The position numbers and the translations under genes were made by a program. From contig JBAZPK010000001.1 of the NCBI GenBank assembly GCA_041648235.1, forward strand, positions 1-50,350: 50,350 nt of DNA. The letters are read 5' to 3'. Below, piece after piece: positions 9,014 to 18,622 of this stretch. A model generated the notes under the pieces. It was not told where the DNA came from and did no database searches. It saw only the letters and a program-made list of their open reading frames with translations. The DNA comes from Thermoleophilia bacterium (GTDB lineage Bacteria; Actinomycetota; Thermoleophilia; UBA2241). Every line of letters begins with the position of its first letter. Within the stretch, counting starts at the first letter, position 1.

Positions 9014-10354
9014 CTACTCCGCGGCGGCGCTCCGCCGCAGACGCGCGACGAAGAAACCGCTGGCGCCGTGCGCCGGCGGCAGCACGAGCAGGTAGCCGCC
9101 GGCCGCCGGATGCGCCAGCCCCGGCCACGCGGCCCCGAGATCGTCAACCGCCCAGCCGCCGCCGGCGAGCAGAGAGTCGACGACCGCGACCGTCTCGGCG
9201 CGCGGCACGGTGCACACCGCATACGTGAGCGATCCACCGGGGCGCACGCAACGAGCCGCCCGCCGCAGGAGGCGCCGCTGCAGCTGGGCGAGGCGCTCGA
9301 CGTCCGCCTCCCGGCGCCGCCAACGCAGGTCCGGCCTCGAGGCCATGGTGCCGAGGCCGCTGCAGGGGGCGTCGAGCAGGACCGCGGCGAAGGCCGCATC
9401 GTAGGAGTCGGGCAGCTCGAGGACGTCCGCCTCGACCACGTCGGCGGCGACGCCGAGCCGCCGCAGATTGGCCCTCATGGCGGCCACTCGAGCTCCATCC
9501 GAGTCGACGGCGGTGACGCGAAGCGCGGGGGCGGCAGCCGTGAGCTGAGCGGTCTTGGTGCCTGGAGCGGCACAGAGGTCGAGCACCGCGGCGCCCTGGC
9601 CGGCGCCGGCCAGAGCCACGAGGCCGGCGACCTGCGAGCCGCGTGACTGCGGCGTCACGAGCCCGGCAGCGAACGGCGCAGAACGTTCCAGCGGCGGCCC
9701 CTCATAGGTGAGCGCCGCCGGCAGCCCCGGGATGCCGGCCGTGACGTAGCCGGCCGCGGTCAGCGCCGCCCGCGCCTCCGGCAGGCCGGCGCGCAACGTG
9801 TTCACGCGCAGGCACCGCTCGGGCGCCGCGTTGGCCGCCTCAAGGTAGCGCGCCGCCGCCTCGTCGCCGAGCTCCCGGCGTAACAGTCTGACGAGCCATA
9901 CGGGGCAAGAATGGCGCACCGACCAGGCGCGGGCGCCGTCCCCTTGAGCGAGGTCAGCGAGGCTCGCGCGCCCCTCGGCGGCCACCTTGCGCAGGACCGC
10001 GTTGACGAATCCCTGGGTGTGCCGCCCCTGACGCGCCGCCATCGCGACCGCGTCGTCCACCGCGGCGTAGGCCGGGACGCGGTCGAGGAAGAGAAGCTGG
10101 AAAGCCGCCAGACGCAGGACCTCCAGGACCTCCCCGGCGGTCTTGCTGAGCGGCGCCTTCGTGAATCCGCCGAGGACGGCGTCGATCGAGCCGCGGCGCT
10201 TCAGGGTGCCGTTGACGAGCTCGTTGGCGAGCCCGCGATCGCGCTCACCGAGACCCTCGAGCTCGGGGAACGACGCCAGCGAATCGTCCATCCGCCCGCC
10301 CGCCGCGCGCAGGCGCAGGAGCGCCCGCAGGGCGGCATCGCGCGCGGGGCTCAC
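9014..10354 (-). CDS. rsmB: 16S rRNA (cytosine-C5)-methyltransferase RsmB/Sun
   Basis: The ORF-track frame 9014..10684 is trimmed to GTG 10354 (GTGA overlap with the fmt stop). NusB-like N-terminus, then SAM methyltransferase motifs VLDLCAAPGTKT and LLDAPCSGLGT. fmt-rsmB adjacency supports the call. Confidence 0.85.
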   Translation of the reverse strand: MSPARDAALRALLRLRAAGGRMDDSLASFPELEGLGERDRGLANELVNGTLKRRGSIDAVLGGFTKAPLSKTAGEVLEVLRLAAFQLLFLDRVPAYAAVDDAVAMAARQGRHTQGFVNAVLRKVAAEGRASLADLAQGDGARAWSVRHSCPVWLVRLLRRELGDEAAARYLEAANAAPERCLRVNTLRAGLPEARAALTAAGYVTAGIPGLPAALTYEGPPLERSAPFAAGLVTPQSRGSQVAGLVALAGAGQGAAVLDLCAAPGTKTAQLTAAAPALRVTAVDSDGARVAAMRANLRRLGVAADVVEADVLELPDSYDAAFAAVLLDAPCSGLGTMASRPDLRWRRREADVERLAQLQRRLLRRAARCVRPGGSLTYAVCTVPRAETVAVVDSLLAGGGWAVDDLGAAWPGLAHPAAGGYLLVLPPAHGASGFFVARLRRSAAAE

Positions 10355-11244
10355 GAGCCCGCCAGGGCGCGACCCGCCCCGCGGAGGAACTCGCCCGCGG
10401 CCATGCGTGTGCGACCCTCCTGCTGGAGTTCGAGCACGTCGACCCAGCCGTCGCCGGCGGGCAGGGCCAGCCGCTCTCGGCCCGGCGCCGGCATGGGGCC
10501 GGCGCCGGGCGCCGCGCGCCACACGCGCGTGCGCCGGCCCAGAAGCTCGGTGACGGCGCCGATGTGCGGCGAGAGAGCCCGCACCTGGTTGACGATCATT
10601 GACGCCGGACGCGCCCAATCGATGAGCTTGTCGCGCGGCTCGATCTTCGGGGCGCAGGTCGGCTCGCCCTTCTGGGCGCGCCACTCGACGCTGCCGTCGG
10701 CGATGCCCCGGAGCGTGGCCAGCACCCCTTGCACGGCCGCCGGCGCCAGCAGCTCGTAGGCGCGCCCGGCGTCCGCGTCCGCCGGGACGTGCACACGGCG
10801 GACGTCGCCCACCGGGCCCTCGTCCACGCCCAGGGCCATCTTGAGGACGGCCACGCCGAGCTCCGTCTCCCCCGCCATCAGCGCCCGTTCCACCGGGGCG
10901 GCGCCGCGCCAGCGCGGCACCAGCGAGGGGTGGACGACGATCGTGGGGACGGCATCGAGGACCGCACTACCGAGGATCTGGCCATACGCGCAGACGACGA
11001 GCACCTCCGGCGAGTGGGCAAGCAGCGCGACCACCGCCTCGGGGCTCGAGACGTCCTCCGGCTGCAGCACCGCGATCCCGAGCTCTGCCGCCCTGAGCTT
11101 GAGGTGCGGCGGCTGCGGCGTGCCGTGGCGGCCACGGGGCCGGTCGGGGTTGGTGATGACGACGGAGAGCTCATGCCCCGCGACAGACAGGCCGTCGAGG
11201 ACGAGCTCGGCGAACGGTGCGGTGCCCGCGAAAGCGAGGCGCAT
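10351..11244 (-). CDS. fmt: methionyl-tRNA formyltransferase
   Basis: 297 aa: MRLAFAGTAPFAELVLDGL...VVHPSLVPRWRGAAPVERAL. Follows def. Confidence 0.93.
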   Translation of the reverse strand: MRLAFAGTAPFAELVLDGLSVAGHELSVVITNPDRPRGRHGTPQPPHLKLRAAELGIAVLQPEDVSSPEAVVALLAHSPEVLVVCAYGQILGSAVLDAVPTIVVHPSLVPRWRGAAPVERALMAGETELGVAVLKMALGVDEGPVGDVRRVHVPADADAGRAYELLAPAAVQGVLATLRGIADGSVEWRAQKGEPTCAPKIEPRDKLIDWARPASMIVNQVRALSPHIGAVTELLGRRTRVWRAAPGAGPMPAPGRERLALPAGDGWVDVLELQQEGRTRMAAGEFLRGAGRALAGS

Positions 11245-11249
11245 GCGGG

Positions 11250-11828
11250 TCAGAGGCCTCCGCCCGTAGCGCCCACCAGGCCGGCGTCGCGACGCTCGGC
11301 CAGCTCCCGCAGGGCGGCGGCGCGGGCGCTGCGCGAGGTGCGGTCGACGATGAGCACCCCCTCGAGGTGGTCGTACTCGTGCTGGATGACGCGCGCCTCC
11401 AGGCCCTCAGCGTGGAACTCAAGCGCCTCCCCGGCGGCGTCCTGGGCCCGCACCCGCAGGCTCACGGGCCGGGTCACCGGCATCGTGACACCGGGCACGC
11501 TCAGGCAGCCCTCGTCGACCTCTTCGAGCTCGTCCGAGAACTCGTCGAGCACCGGGTTGACGAGCACTCGCGGGTCCTCGTCGACATCGTAGACGAGCAG
11601 CCGTTGCAGGACGCCCACCTGCGGCGCCGCGAGGCCGATCCCGGGGGCGTCGTGCATGATCCGGATCATCCGCCTGGCGAGCTTGCGGAGCCCGCGGTCG
11701 AAGGCGGTGACGTCGGCAGCGCGCTCGCGCAGTACCGGGTCGCCGATGACGCGGATGTCCCGGCGCGCCTCACCCTGCCGCCGGCTGAGCTCCTCGCGCT
11801 CGTACTGCTCCTGTGTGGTCTCGCTCAT
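11250..11828 (-). CDS. def: peptide deformylase
   Basis: Motifs GIGLAAPQVG, EGCLSVPG and HEYDHLEG. The ORF-track ORF (to 11915) is trimmed to ATG 11828 (MSETTQEQ...) because the longer version overlaps the priA 3' end. Confidence 0.9.
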   Translation of the reverse strand: MSETTQEQYEREELSRRQGEARRDIRVIGDPVLRERAADVTAFDRGLRKLARRMIRIMHDAPGIGLAAPQVGVLQRLLVYDVDEDPRVLVNPVLDEFSDELEEVDEGCLSVPGVTMPVTRPVSLRVRAQDAAGEALEFHAEGLEARVIQHEYDHLEGVLIVDRTSRSARAAALRELAERRDAGLVGATGGGL

Positions 11829-11853
11829 GTCACTATGGTACCTCAGCCGCGTG

Positions 11854-14235
11854 TCAGAGCCACTGCGGGTCGACGTCCGGCACCAGGCGCACCCCGCGAG
11901 TCGCAAAACGGTCACGGTCCCGGCTCAGCCAAGCTCGCAGCACATCGAGTGTTTTCCCTGTGGTCGTCGTTTTAACCAGGACTCGACAGGCAGAGCGGCC
12001 GCGCTCGCGCCACAGGGGGCCGGGGCCGAGGACCAGCTCGCCGTGTGCCAGCAGGCCGCCGACGCGCTCGGCCGTGAACTGCCCCGCGAGGCCGACCTTG
12101 TGCTCGTCCCGGCCCGAGACCTCGAGGGCGATGAGGGTCGTCTGCGGTGGGTACCCGAGCTCACGGCGGCGTTCCACCTCCTCGGCGTAGAACCGCTCCT
12201 CCTCGCCGGCGGCCGCATACGCGATTGGGCGCGCGTCGGGGCTGAGCGTCTGGACCAGGACCCGCCCGGGGCGCTCGCCGCGCCCGCTGCGCCCGCCCAC
12301 CTGCACCAGCATCGCAAAGGTGCGCTCCTCGGCGCGGAAGTCCGGGAAGTGCAGCGTGAGGTCGGCGTTCACGACTCCCACGAGCGTGACATCCGGAAAG
12401 TGGTGCCCTTTGGCGATCATCTGCGTACCGATGAGGATGCGTGCCCCGGGCTGCGCGAAGCGCTCGAGCACGGCGCGCAGGCGGGCGTACGAGCCGGCGA
12501 CGTCCGAATCCAGGCGGAGGAGCTCCACGCCCGGCAGCAACCCTCGCACTTCGCGCTCCACGCGCTCGGTGCCGAAACCGTGGCGCACGAGCTCCGTGCT
12601 GCCGCATCCGGGGCAGATGCCCGGCGCAGGCTCCGTGTGCCCGCACGTGCGGCAGCGCAGGCCGCGACCGCCGAACAGCGTGAGGGTCACGTCGCAGCGC
12701 GGGCACTCCCAGGTGAACCCGCAACGGTCGCAGACGAGCAGCGAGGCGAAGCCCCGGCGGTTGAGGAAGAGGATCGCCTTGTCGCCGGCGTCGAGGGCCG
12801 CCGTGAGCGCCTCGGCCAGCGCCGGTGAGAACACCGCGTGCTGGCCGCGCATGTCGACGATCTCGAGCGCCGGCGGCCGTGACCCATCCACGCGCCGGCG
12901 CAGGTCGGCGTGCAGCGGCACGCGGGCGAAGCTCTCGACGCTCGGCGTCGCGGAGCCGAGCACGACGACGGCGCCGCTCCGCTGCGCCCGCCAGCGCGCC
13001 ACGGTGCGCGCGTCGTAGGCCGGCTCGCTCTCCTGCTTGTAGGAGGTGTCGTGCTCCTCGTCGACGACCACGAGGCCGAGGTCGGCGAGCGGCGCGAACA
13101 CCGCCGAGCGCGCGCCCACCACGATCCGCACCTCGCCGGCGGCCACATCCCGGTAGGCGAGCAGGCGTTCGCCGGACGAGAGGCCGGAGTGCAGCACGGC
13201 GATGCGCTCGCCGGCGAAGCGCTCCTGCACGCGCGCCACGGTCTGCCCCGTGAGGCCGATCTCGGGGACCAGGAGGAGCACCGAGCGGCCACCCTCGAGG
13301 GCGGCCTGGGCGGCCTGAAGGTAGACCTCCGTCTTGCCGCTTCCCGTGACCCCGTGGACGAGCACCTCGTCGCCGGGCCGTGCCTCGCAGAGGACGGCGT
13401 GCAGGGCTCGGCGCTGTTCCGGGAGCAGCGCCGGGACGTCGGCGAGCCGGGCGCAGGCCCGCAGGCGAGCGACCTGCGCGGCGACGGGCGGCGGCACGGC
13501 TTCCACCGTGCCTGTCGCCGCCGCACCGGCGGGCACGGTGCCCTCCTCGACGACCAGGGCGCCCGCGTCGATGAGCCGCCGCAGGCCCGGCAGTGAGATC
13601 CCACAGGCGGCGCGCAGCGAGCGGTCGTCGAGCGCCACGGCCTCTTCGACGACCCTCAGAGCGGCGCGCTGGCGCGGCCCCAGACGCGAGGGGGTCTCGC
13701 CGCCGCGCCGTAAGCGCGGGCGCGCCGTGCTCGCCCCCAGCACGTGGACGCGGTAGGCGGTGCGCACCCAGCCCTTGCGACGGTACCGCTCGCCGAGGCT
13801 CGTCAAGGGGCCGGCCGGGAGCTTGAGCCCGGCTATCTCGCCGAGCCCCTCCTCGCCGGCCTCGCGCGCCGCCCGCCCCTCGGGCGTGAGCTCGTACTGG
13901 CGCACAACCTTGAGGGCTGCCATCGGAGGGCACACGAGAGCGAGGGCCGCCGCGAAAGAGGTGAGGTAATAGCCCTCGACCTGCCGCGCAAGCTCCAGCA
14001 GGTCGCCGGGCACCGCGGGTACGTCGAGCAGGTCCCGCACCGGGAGCATGCGGCCCTCGTGCGCGGTCGTGGGCCGGAGCTCGAGGACGACCCCGATGAC
14101 CGTCTGCGCCCCGAGCGGCACGGCCACGAGCGAGCCCACCTGGAGCCGGGCGCCGAGCTCGCCCGGGACGCTGTAGTCGAACGCCTCGGCGAAGGCGCGG
14201 GTACGAATGAGCGGGAAGACGGCGGCGAAGCTCAT
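11854..14235 (-). CDS. priA: primosomal protein N' (replication restart helicase PriA)
   Basis: 793 aa with Walker A GVTGSGKTEVY, DEEH box VVDEEHD and a Cys-rich zinc module CDRCGFTWECPRCDVTLTLF...CRTCGH...CPGCGS. Confidence 0.93.
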   Translation of the reverse strand: MSFAAVFPLIRTRAFAEAFDYSVPGELGARLQVGSLVAVPLGAQTVIGVVLELRPTTAHEGRMLPVRDLLDVPAVPGDLLELARQVEGYYLTSFAAALALVCPPMAALKVVRQYELTPEGRAAREAGEEGLGEIAGLKLPAGPLTSLGERYRRKGWVRTAYRVHVLGASTARPRLRRGGETPSRLGPRQRAALRVVEEAVALDDRSLRAACGISLPGLRRLIDAGALVVEEGTVPAGAAATGTVEAVPPPVAAQVARLRACARLADVPALLPEQRRALHAVLCEARPGDEVLVHGVTGSGKTEVYLQAAQAALEGGRSVLLLVPEIGLTGQTVARVQERFAGERIAVLHSGLSSGERLLAYRDVAAGEVRIVVGARSAVFAPLADLGLVVVDEEHDTSYKQESEPAYDARTVARWRAQRSGAVVVLGSATPSVESFARVPLHADLRRRVDGSRPPALEIVDMRGQHAVFSPALAEALTAALDAGDKAILFLNRRGFASLLVCDRCGFTWECPRCDVTLTLFGGRGLRCRTCGHTEPAPGICPGCGSTELVRHGFGTERVEREVRGLLPGVELLRLDSDVAGSYARLRAVLERFAQPGARILIGTQMIAKGHHFPDVTLVGVVNADLTLHFPDFRAEERTFAMLVQVGGRSGRGERPGRVLVQTLSPDARPIAYAAAGEEERFYAEEVERRRELGYPPQTTLIALEVSGRDEHKVGLAGQFTAERVGGLLAHGELVLGPGPLWRERGRSACRVLVKTTTTGKTLDVLRAWLSRDRDRFATRGVRLVPDVDPQWL

Positions 14236-14269
14236 GCCACGCCGCCGTCTCTCGCTCCGCGCGGGCCTC

Positions 14270-15484
14270 TCAGCCGGCGCGGAGGCCGGCGGCGGCCCGC
14301 AGGGCCTCGGCCTTGTCGGTGCGTTCCCACGTGAAGTCGTGGTCGTGCCGCCCGAAGTGGCCGTACGCGGCGGTCTTCTGGTAGATGGGCCGGCGCAGGT
14401 CGAGGTCGCGCAGGATGGCGGCCGGCCGCAGATCGAAGTGCTCGCCGATGAGCTGCTGGATGGTGGCCAGCGACACCTTCTCTGTGCCCTGGCAGTCGAC
14501 CATCAGCGAGACCGGGTGGGCCACACCGATGGCGTAAGCCACCTGCACGAGGCAGTTGTCGGCGAGGCCGGCGGCGACGACGTTCTTCGCCACGTAGCGG
14601 GCGGCGTAGGCGCCGGAGCGATCGACCTTGCTCGGGTCCTTGCCGGAGAAGGCGCCGCCGCCGTGCGGAGCGGCGCCGCCGTAGGTGTCGACCACGATCT
14701 TGCGGCCGGTGAGGCCGCAGTCGCCCATCGGCCCGCCGATGACGAACTTGCCCGTGGCGTTGATGACCGTGATGTCCTCGAGGCGGGACGCGTCGTAGAG
14801 GCCCTTCGGGAGGATCGGCTCGACTACGTGCTCGAGCAGGTCGGGGTAGATGATGCTCTGCAGGTCGGCGCTCTCGGCGTGCTGCGACGCCAGGACCACC
14901 TTGACGATCTCCACCGGCTTGCCGTCCTCGTAGCGCACCGTCACCTGCGACTTGCCGTCGGGGCGCAGGTACGGGAGGATCTCCGCCTTGCGCACCTCGG
15001 CGAGACGGCGAGAGAGCTTGTGGGCGAGCGAGATCGGCAGCGGCATGAGCTCCGGCGTCTCGTCGCAGGCGAAGCCGAACATCATGCCCTGGTCGCCGGC
15101 GCCCTGTTCGTCGAGGACGTCGTCGTCGTTGACGTCGGTGCGCACCTCGAGCGCGTGCGACACCCCCTGGCCGATATCGGGCGACTGCTCGTCGATCGCC
15201 ACCATGACGCCACAGGTCTCGTAGTCGTAGCCGTAGAGCGCGTTCGTGTAGCCGACGTCCTTGACCGTCTGGCGGACGATCTTGGGGATATCGACGTACG
15301 TCTCGGTGGTGATCTCGCCGGCCACGAGGGCCAAGCCGGTGGTGACCAGCGTCTCGCAGGCGACCCGGCCGTACGGATCGTCGGCGAGGATGGCGTCGAG
15401 GATAGCGTCCGAGATCTGGTCGGCCAGCTTGTCGGGGTGACCTTCGGTGACCGACTCCGACGTGAACAGGTAGTTCTTCTCCAC
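14270..15484 (-). CDS. metK: S-adenosylmethionine synthase
   Basis: [30 protein letters not shown]... and [19 protein letters not shown] 15484 is preceded by AGGAGG. The ORF-track 5' extension to 15727 is discarded because it has no homology and overlaps the gpsA end. Confidence 0.93.
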   Translation of the reverse strand: MEKNYLFTSESVTEGHPDKLADQISDAILDAILADDPYGRVACETLVTTGLALVAGEITTETYVDIPKIVRQTVKDVGYTNALYGYDYETCGVMVAIDEQSPDIGQGVSHALEVRTDVNDDDVLDEQGAGDQGMMFGFACDETPELMPLPISLAHKLSRRLAEVRKAEILPYLRPDGKSQVTVRYEDGKPVEIVKVVLASQHAESADLQSIIYPDLLEHVVEPILPKGLYDASRLEDITVINATGKFVIGGPMGDCGLTGRKIVVDTYGGAAPHGGGAFSGKDPSKVDRSGAYAARYVAKNVVAAGLADNCLVQVAYAIGVAHPVSLMVDCQGTEKVSLATIQQLIGEHFDLRPAAILRDLDLRRPIYQKTAAYGHFGRHDHDFTWERTDKAEALRAAAGLRAG

Positions 15485-15608
15485 CGTGCCTCCTGGCGAT
15501 ACGCGCGGCCTCGAGCGGATGCCGGCGCGGGTTGGATCGGGCGTCTGGCGGCCATGCGACGCCCCGGGCGCCCCGCGGACGTCGCCGGGCAGCGGCACGG
15601 CCCGGGCG

Positions 15609-15638
15609 AGTCTACCAGACGGCCGCGACGCGGAACAA
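15609..15638 (-). promoter_or_regulatory. candidate metK promoter (TTGTTC - 18 nt - TAGACT)
   Basis: On the minus strand, TTGTTC at 15638-15633 and TAGACT at 15614-15609. This implies a GC-rich 5' UTR of about 120 nt. Confidence 0.4.
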
Positions 15639-15671
15639 CGCGAGCCGCTTCGCCCGCATCCGCGGCTCGCG
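15639..15671 (-). terminator. hairpin immediately after gpsA stop (CGCGAGCCGC ... GCGGCTCGCG)
   Basis: 10-bp perfect stem with a 13-nt loop, starting 2 nt after the gpsA TGA. Followed on the minus strand by TTGTTCC. Confidence 0.35.
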
Positions 15672-15672
15672 G

Positions 15673-16668
15673 TCAGCTCTCGTGCCGCTCGCGTTTGGGG
15701 GAGCGGCCCATGAGGTCGGCGACGCATTCCTGCGGCGTGCGCCGCCCCTCGAGCACCTGGTAGACGTTCTCGGTGACCGGCATGTCGATGCCGAGCCGGC
15801 CGGCGAGGTCGTGCAGGGCGTAGGCCGTCGGGATGCCTTCGACGACCTGGCCCACCTCGCGCTCCACCTCGGTCGGCGAGGCGCCTTTGGCGAGCAGCTC
15901 GCCGGCGAGCCGGTTCCGGCTGTGCCGCGAGGTGCAGGTGGCGATGAGGTCGCCGATCCCGGCCAGACCCGTGAACGTGGCGACGTGCGCGCCCTGGACG
16001 AGCCCCAGGCGCGTCATCTCGGCGACGCTGCGGGTGATCAGGCTGGCGCGTGAGTTGTCGCCGAAGCCGAGCCCGTCGGACATCCCGACCGCGACGGCGA
16101 TGGGGTTCTTGACCGCGCCGCAGAACTCCACGCCGACGATGTCGTCGTTGGTGTAGACGCGGAACGTGTCGCTGGTGACCGCCGCCTGCAGGGCGCCGGC
16201 CATGGCCTCGTCGGCGGCGGCGATGACGGTCGCCGAGGGCATGTCCCGGCTGACCTCTTCGGCGTGGTTGGGGCCCGAGAGGGCCGCCGCGGCTGCACCC
16301 GTCTCCTCCTCGATGACCTGTGTCGGGCGCTTGAGGGTGCCGAGCTCGTAGCCCTTGGCCAGGGAGAGCTGGAACGCCGAGGGTGAACGCCGGGTGGACG
16401 CCCAGCGCGCCACCTCGCGGACCGCCTGCGTGGGCACCGCGTAGACGACGAGGCCGGCGGTGGAGATGTCGGCGTCGCCCAGGGCGACGAAACGGATCTC
16501 CGCCGGCAGCAGGACACCAGGCAGGAAGTGCGGGTTCCGGTGCGTGCGCTCGAGTGCGGCCGCCTCGGCCCGCTCGAGCGTGAGCACCTGCACGCGATGC
16601 CCGCGGCGCGCCAGCAGGCGCGCGAAGGCGCTGCCCCAGCTGCCGGAGCCGACGACGGTGACGTCCAC
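15673..16668 (-). CDS. gpsA: NAD(P)H-dependent glycerol-3-phosphate dehydrogenase
   Basis: The ORF-track frame 15673..17283 is trimmed to GTG 16668 ([20 protein letters not shown], Rossmann GxGxxG), just after the plsY stop. TTG 16674 is an alternative start. [20 protein letters not shown] is also present. Confidence 0.9.
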   Translation of the reverse strand: MDVTVVGSGSWGSAFARLLARRGHRVQVLTLERAEAAALERTHRNPHFLPGVLLPAEIRFVALGDADISTAGLVVYAVPTQAVREVARWASTRRSPSAFQLSLAKGYELGTLKRPTQVIEEETGAAAAALSGPNHAEEVSRDMPSATVIAAADEAMAGALQAAVTSDTFRVYTNDDIVGVEFCGAVKNPIAVAVGMSDGLGFGDNSRASLITRSVAEMTRLGLVQGAHVATFTGLAGIGDLIATCTSRHSRNRLAGELLAKGASPTEVEREVGQVVEGIPTAYALHDLAGRLGIDMPVTENVYQVLEGRRTPQECVADLMGRSPKRERHES

Positions 16669-16670
16669 GC

Positions 16671-17318
16671 TCAACCCCCTCCGCCGGGACCGGCGAGCGG
16701 CCGCGAGCGGCCGCTCCACGGCAGCCGGACGCGGTGCTCCGTGCCGCGCAGAAGACGCCCGATGTTGCCCCGGTGAGCCCAGAAGATGATCACGGCGACG
16801 AGAACGGCGGCGATCTCGTACGGCAGCGGCTGGCCGCCCCAGATCACCTGGACCGGCGCGAGAAAGGCGGCGGCGAGCGAGGCCAGGCTCACGTACCGCG
16901 TGACGAGGATCAGCCCGATCCACACCGCGAGACAGACGAGGAAGGCCAACGGAGCCAGGGCGAGCACCACGGCGGCCCCGGTAGCCACGCCCTTGCCGCC
17001 GCGTCCCTTCAGGAAGATCGAGTACATGTGGCCCGCCACGGGCGCCGCGGCGATGAAGATCGCGTACCAGGGGTGGAAGAGCGCCGCGGCGATGGCGGCC
17101 GGGATGTAACCCTTGAGCATGTCGAGGGCCAGCACGGTGACCCCCGCCTTCTTGCCGAGGGTGCGGAAGACATTGGTGGTGCCGACGTTGCCGGAGCCGT
17201 GCTCGCGCACGTCCACGTTGTAGAACAGCTTGCCGATCACGACCCCGAACGGGATGGCGCCCATGAGATACGCGACGACGCACAACCCCGCGAAAGCGAG
17301 GGCCTGAAGAACGATCAC
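16671..17318 (-). CDS. plsY: acyl-phosphate:glycerol-3-phosphate acyltransferase PlsY
   Basis: 215 aa, multi-pass hydrophobic protein with the [13 protein letters not shown] motif. GTGA overlap with the der stop. Confidence 0.93.
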   Translation of the reverse strand: MIVLQALAFAGLCVVAYLMGAIPFGVVIGKLFYNVDVREHGSGNVGTTNVFRTLGKKAGVTVLALDMLKGYIPAAIAAALFHPWYAIFIAAAPVAGHMYSIFLKGRGGKGVATGAAVVLALAPLAFLVCLAVWIGLILVTRYVSLASLAAAFLAPVQVIWGGQPLPYEIAAVLVAVIIFWAHRGNIGRLLRGTEHRVRLPWSGRSRPLAGPGGGG

Positions 17319-18622
17319 CGCTTGCCTTTGAAGTCGATCACCAGCGGCACACCGTCGAGCTCGAACCGCTCGCGCAGGCGGTTCTCCACGTAGAAGCCGA
17401 AGTCGCGCGTGAGCAGCGTGCGGTCGTTGACCTCGATGGCGAAACGCGGCGGCGAGGTGCCGAACTGGGCGATGTAGTACATCTTGAGACGCTTGCCGCG
17501 CTTCATCGGCAGCGGGCGGGCCGCGGCTAGCGTAGCCAGCGCGCGGTTGAGCTCGCCGGTGGAGATGTGGGCGCCGAAGCGAGCCTCCAGCGAGGCGATC
17601 GAGGCGAGCAACTGCTTGACCCCGCGGTGCGTCTGCGCCGAAACGGCGATCACGGGAGGCCGCTGCCGCAGCTTGCGGCGCGCGATCCCGGCGATCTCCT
17701 CGAGCTCAGGTTCGGCCACGTCGCACTTGTTGACGGCGATGACCGTGGCGCAGTGGTTACGCGCCGCCTCGGTGCAGATCGAGAGGTCGAGCTCGCCGAA
17801 ACGGATCGTAGCATCGACGACGATGACCGCGACGTGGGCGCGGTCGAGGCTCTGCACTGAGCGCAGGTAGGCGTAATACTCCACGCCGCTGACCTTGGCC
17901 GCCTTGCGCATCCCGGCGGTGTCGATGAAGCGGAAGGAGCCTTCGGCGGTGGTCACGGCGGTATCGATGGCATCGCGGGTCGTACCCGCGATCTCGCTGA
18001 CTATCGTGCGCGGTTCGCCGACGATGGCGTTGAAGAGGCTGGACTTGCCGGCGTTGGGGCGCCCGACGATGGCCACCGGGATCTCGGCCGGCGCATCGGG
18101 CGGCCCGTCTTCGCCGGGCCGCTCCGCGCCGGCCGTCGTCACCAGCCTGTCGAGCAGGTCACCGGTGCCCAGGCCGTGCACGGCGGAGACGATCAGGGGC
18201 TCCCCGAGGCCGAGCTCGTAGAGCTCGGGGGCGGCCACGACGGTGGCCGGGTCGTCGAGCTTGTTGGCCACGAGCAGCACCGGCAGACGCGTGCGGCGCA
18301 GGACGGCGGCGATCTCGTGATCGTCGGCCACCGGGCCGCTGCGGCCGTCGACGACGAAGAGCACCACGTCCGCCTCTGCCAGGGCGCGCTCGACCTGCTC
18401 CCGGACGTGCCCGGCGAAGGGCGAGTCTTCGGCCGTGTCGTAGCCCCCCGTGTCCACCATCCGCAGGAGCTTGCCCTCCCACTCGAGCTCCACCTCTTTG
18501 CGGTCCCGCGTGACGCCCGGGGTCTCGTGCACCACGGCTTGACGCGAGCCGCAGAGGCGGTTGACGAGCGTGGACTTACCGGCATTGGGGGCGCCGACGA
18601 CGACGACGGTGGGAGAGATCAT
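17315..18622 (-). CDS. der: ribosome-associated GTPase Der (EngA)
   Basis: The ORF-track frame is trimmed to ATG 18622 (MISPTVVVVGAPNAGKSTLVNRL). A second G domain (VAIVGRPNAGKSSLFNAI) and a KH-like C-terminus are present. ATGA overlap with the upstream gene. Confidence 0.93.
   Translation of the reverse strand: MISPTVVVVGAPNAGKSTLVNRLCGSRQAVVHETPGVTRDRKEVELEWEGKLLRMVDTGGYDTAEDSPFAGHVREQVERALAEADVVLFVVDGRSGPVADDHEIAAVLRRTRLPVLLVANKLDDPATVVAAPELYELGLGEPLIVSAVHGLGTGDLLDRLVTTAGAERPGEDGPPDAPAEIPVAIVGRPNAGKSSLFNAIVGEPRTIVSEIAGTTRDAIDTAVTTAEGSFRFIDTAGMRKAAKVSGVEYYAYLRSVQSLDRAHVAVIVVDATIRFGELDLSICTEAARNHCATVIAVNKCDVAEPELEEIAGIARRKLRQRPPVIAVSAQTHRGVKQLLASIASLEARFGAHISTGELNRALATLAAARPLPMKRGKRLKMYYIAQFGTSPPRFAIEVNDRTLLTRDFGFYVENRLRERFELDGVPLVIDFKGKR

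Noticed and set aside
12161-13933. Long minus-strand ORFs in alternative frames inside real genes, for example 12161..13933 within priA, 2207..3238 within yloV and 5017..6141 within ribBA.
   Set aside because: They are same-strand shadow frames. The overlapping frame carries the clear helicase or enzyme motifs, while these translate to Arg/Pro/Gly-rich sequence without motifs.
15485-15608. Calling the metK leader a SAM-I or SAM-IV riboswitch.
   Set aside because: I could not find the conserved core segments of either class by eye. It is reported only as an unexplained structured leader that needs a covariance-model search.
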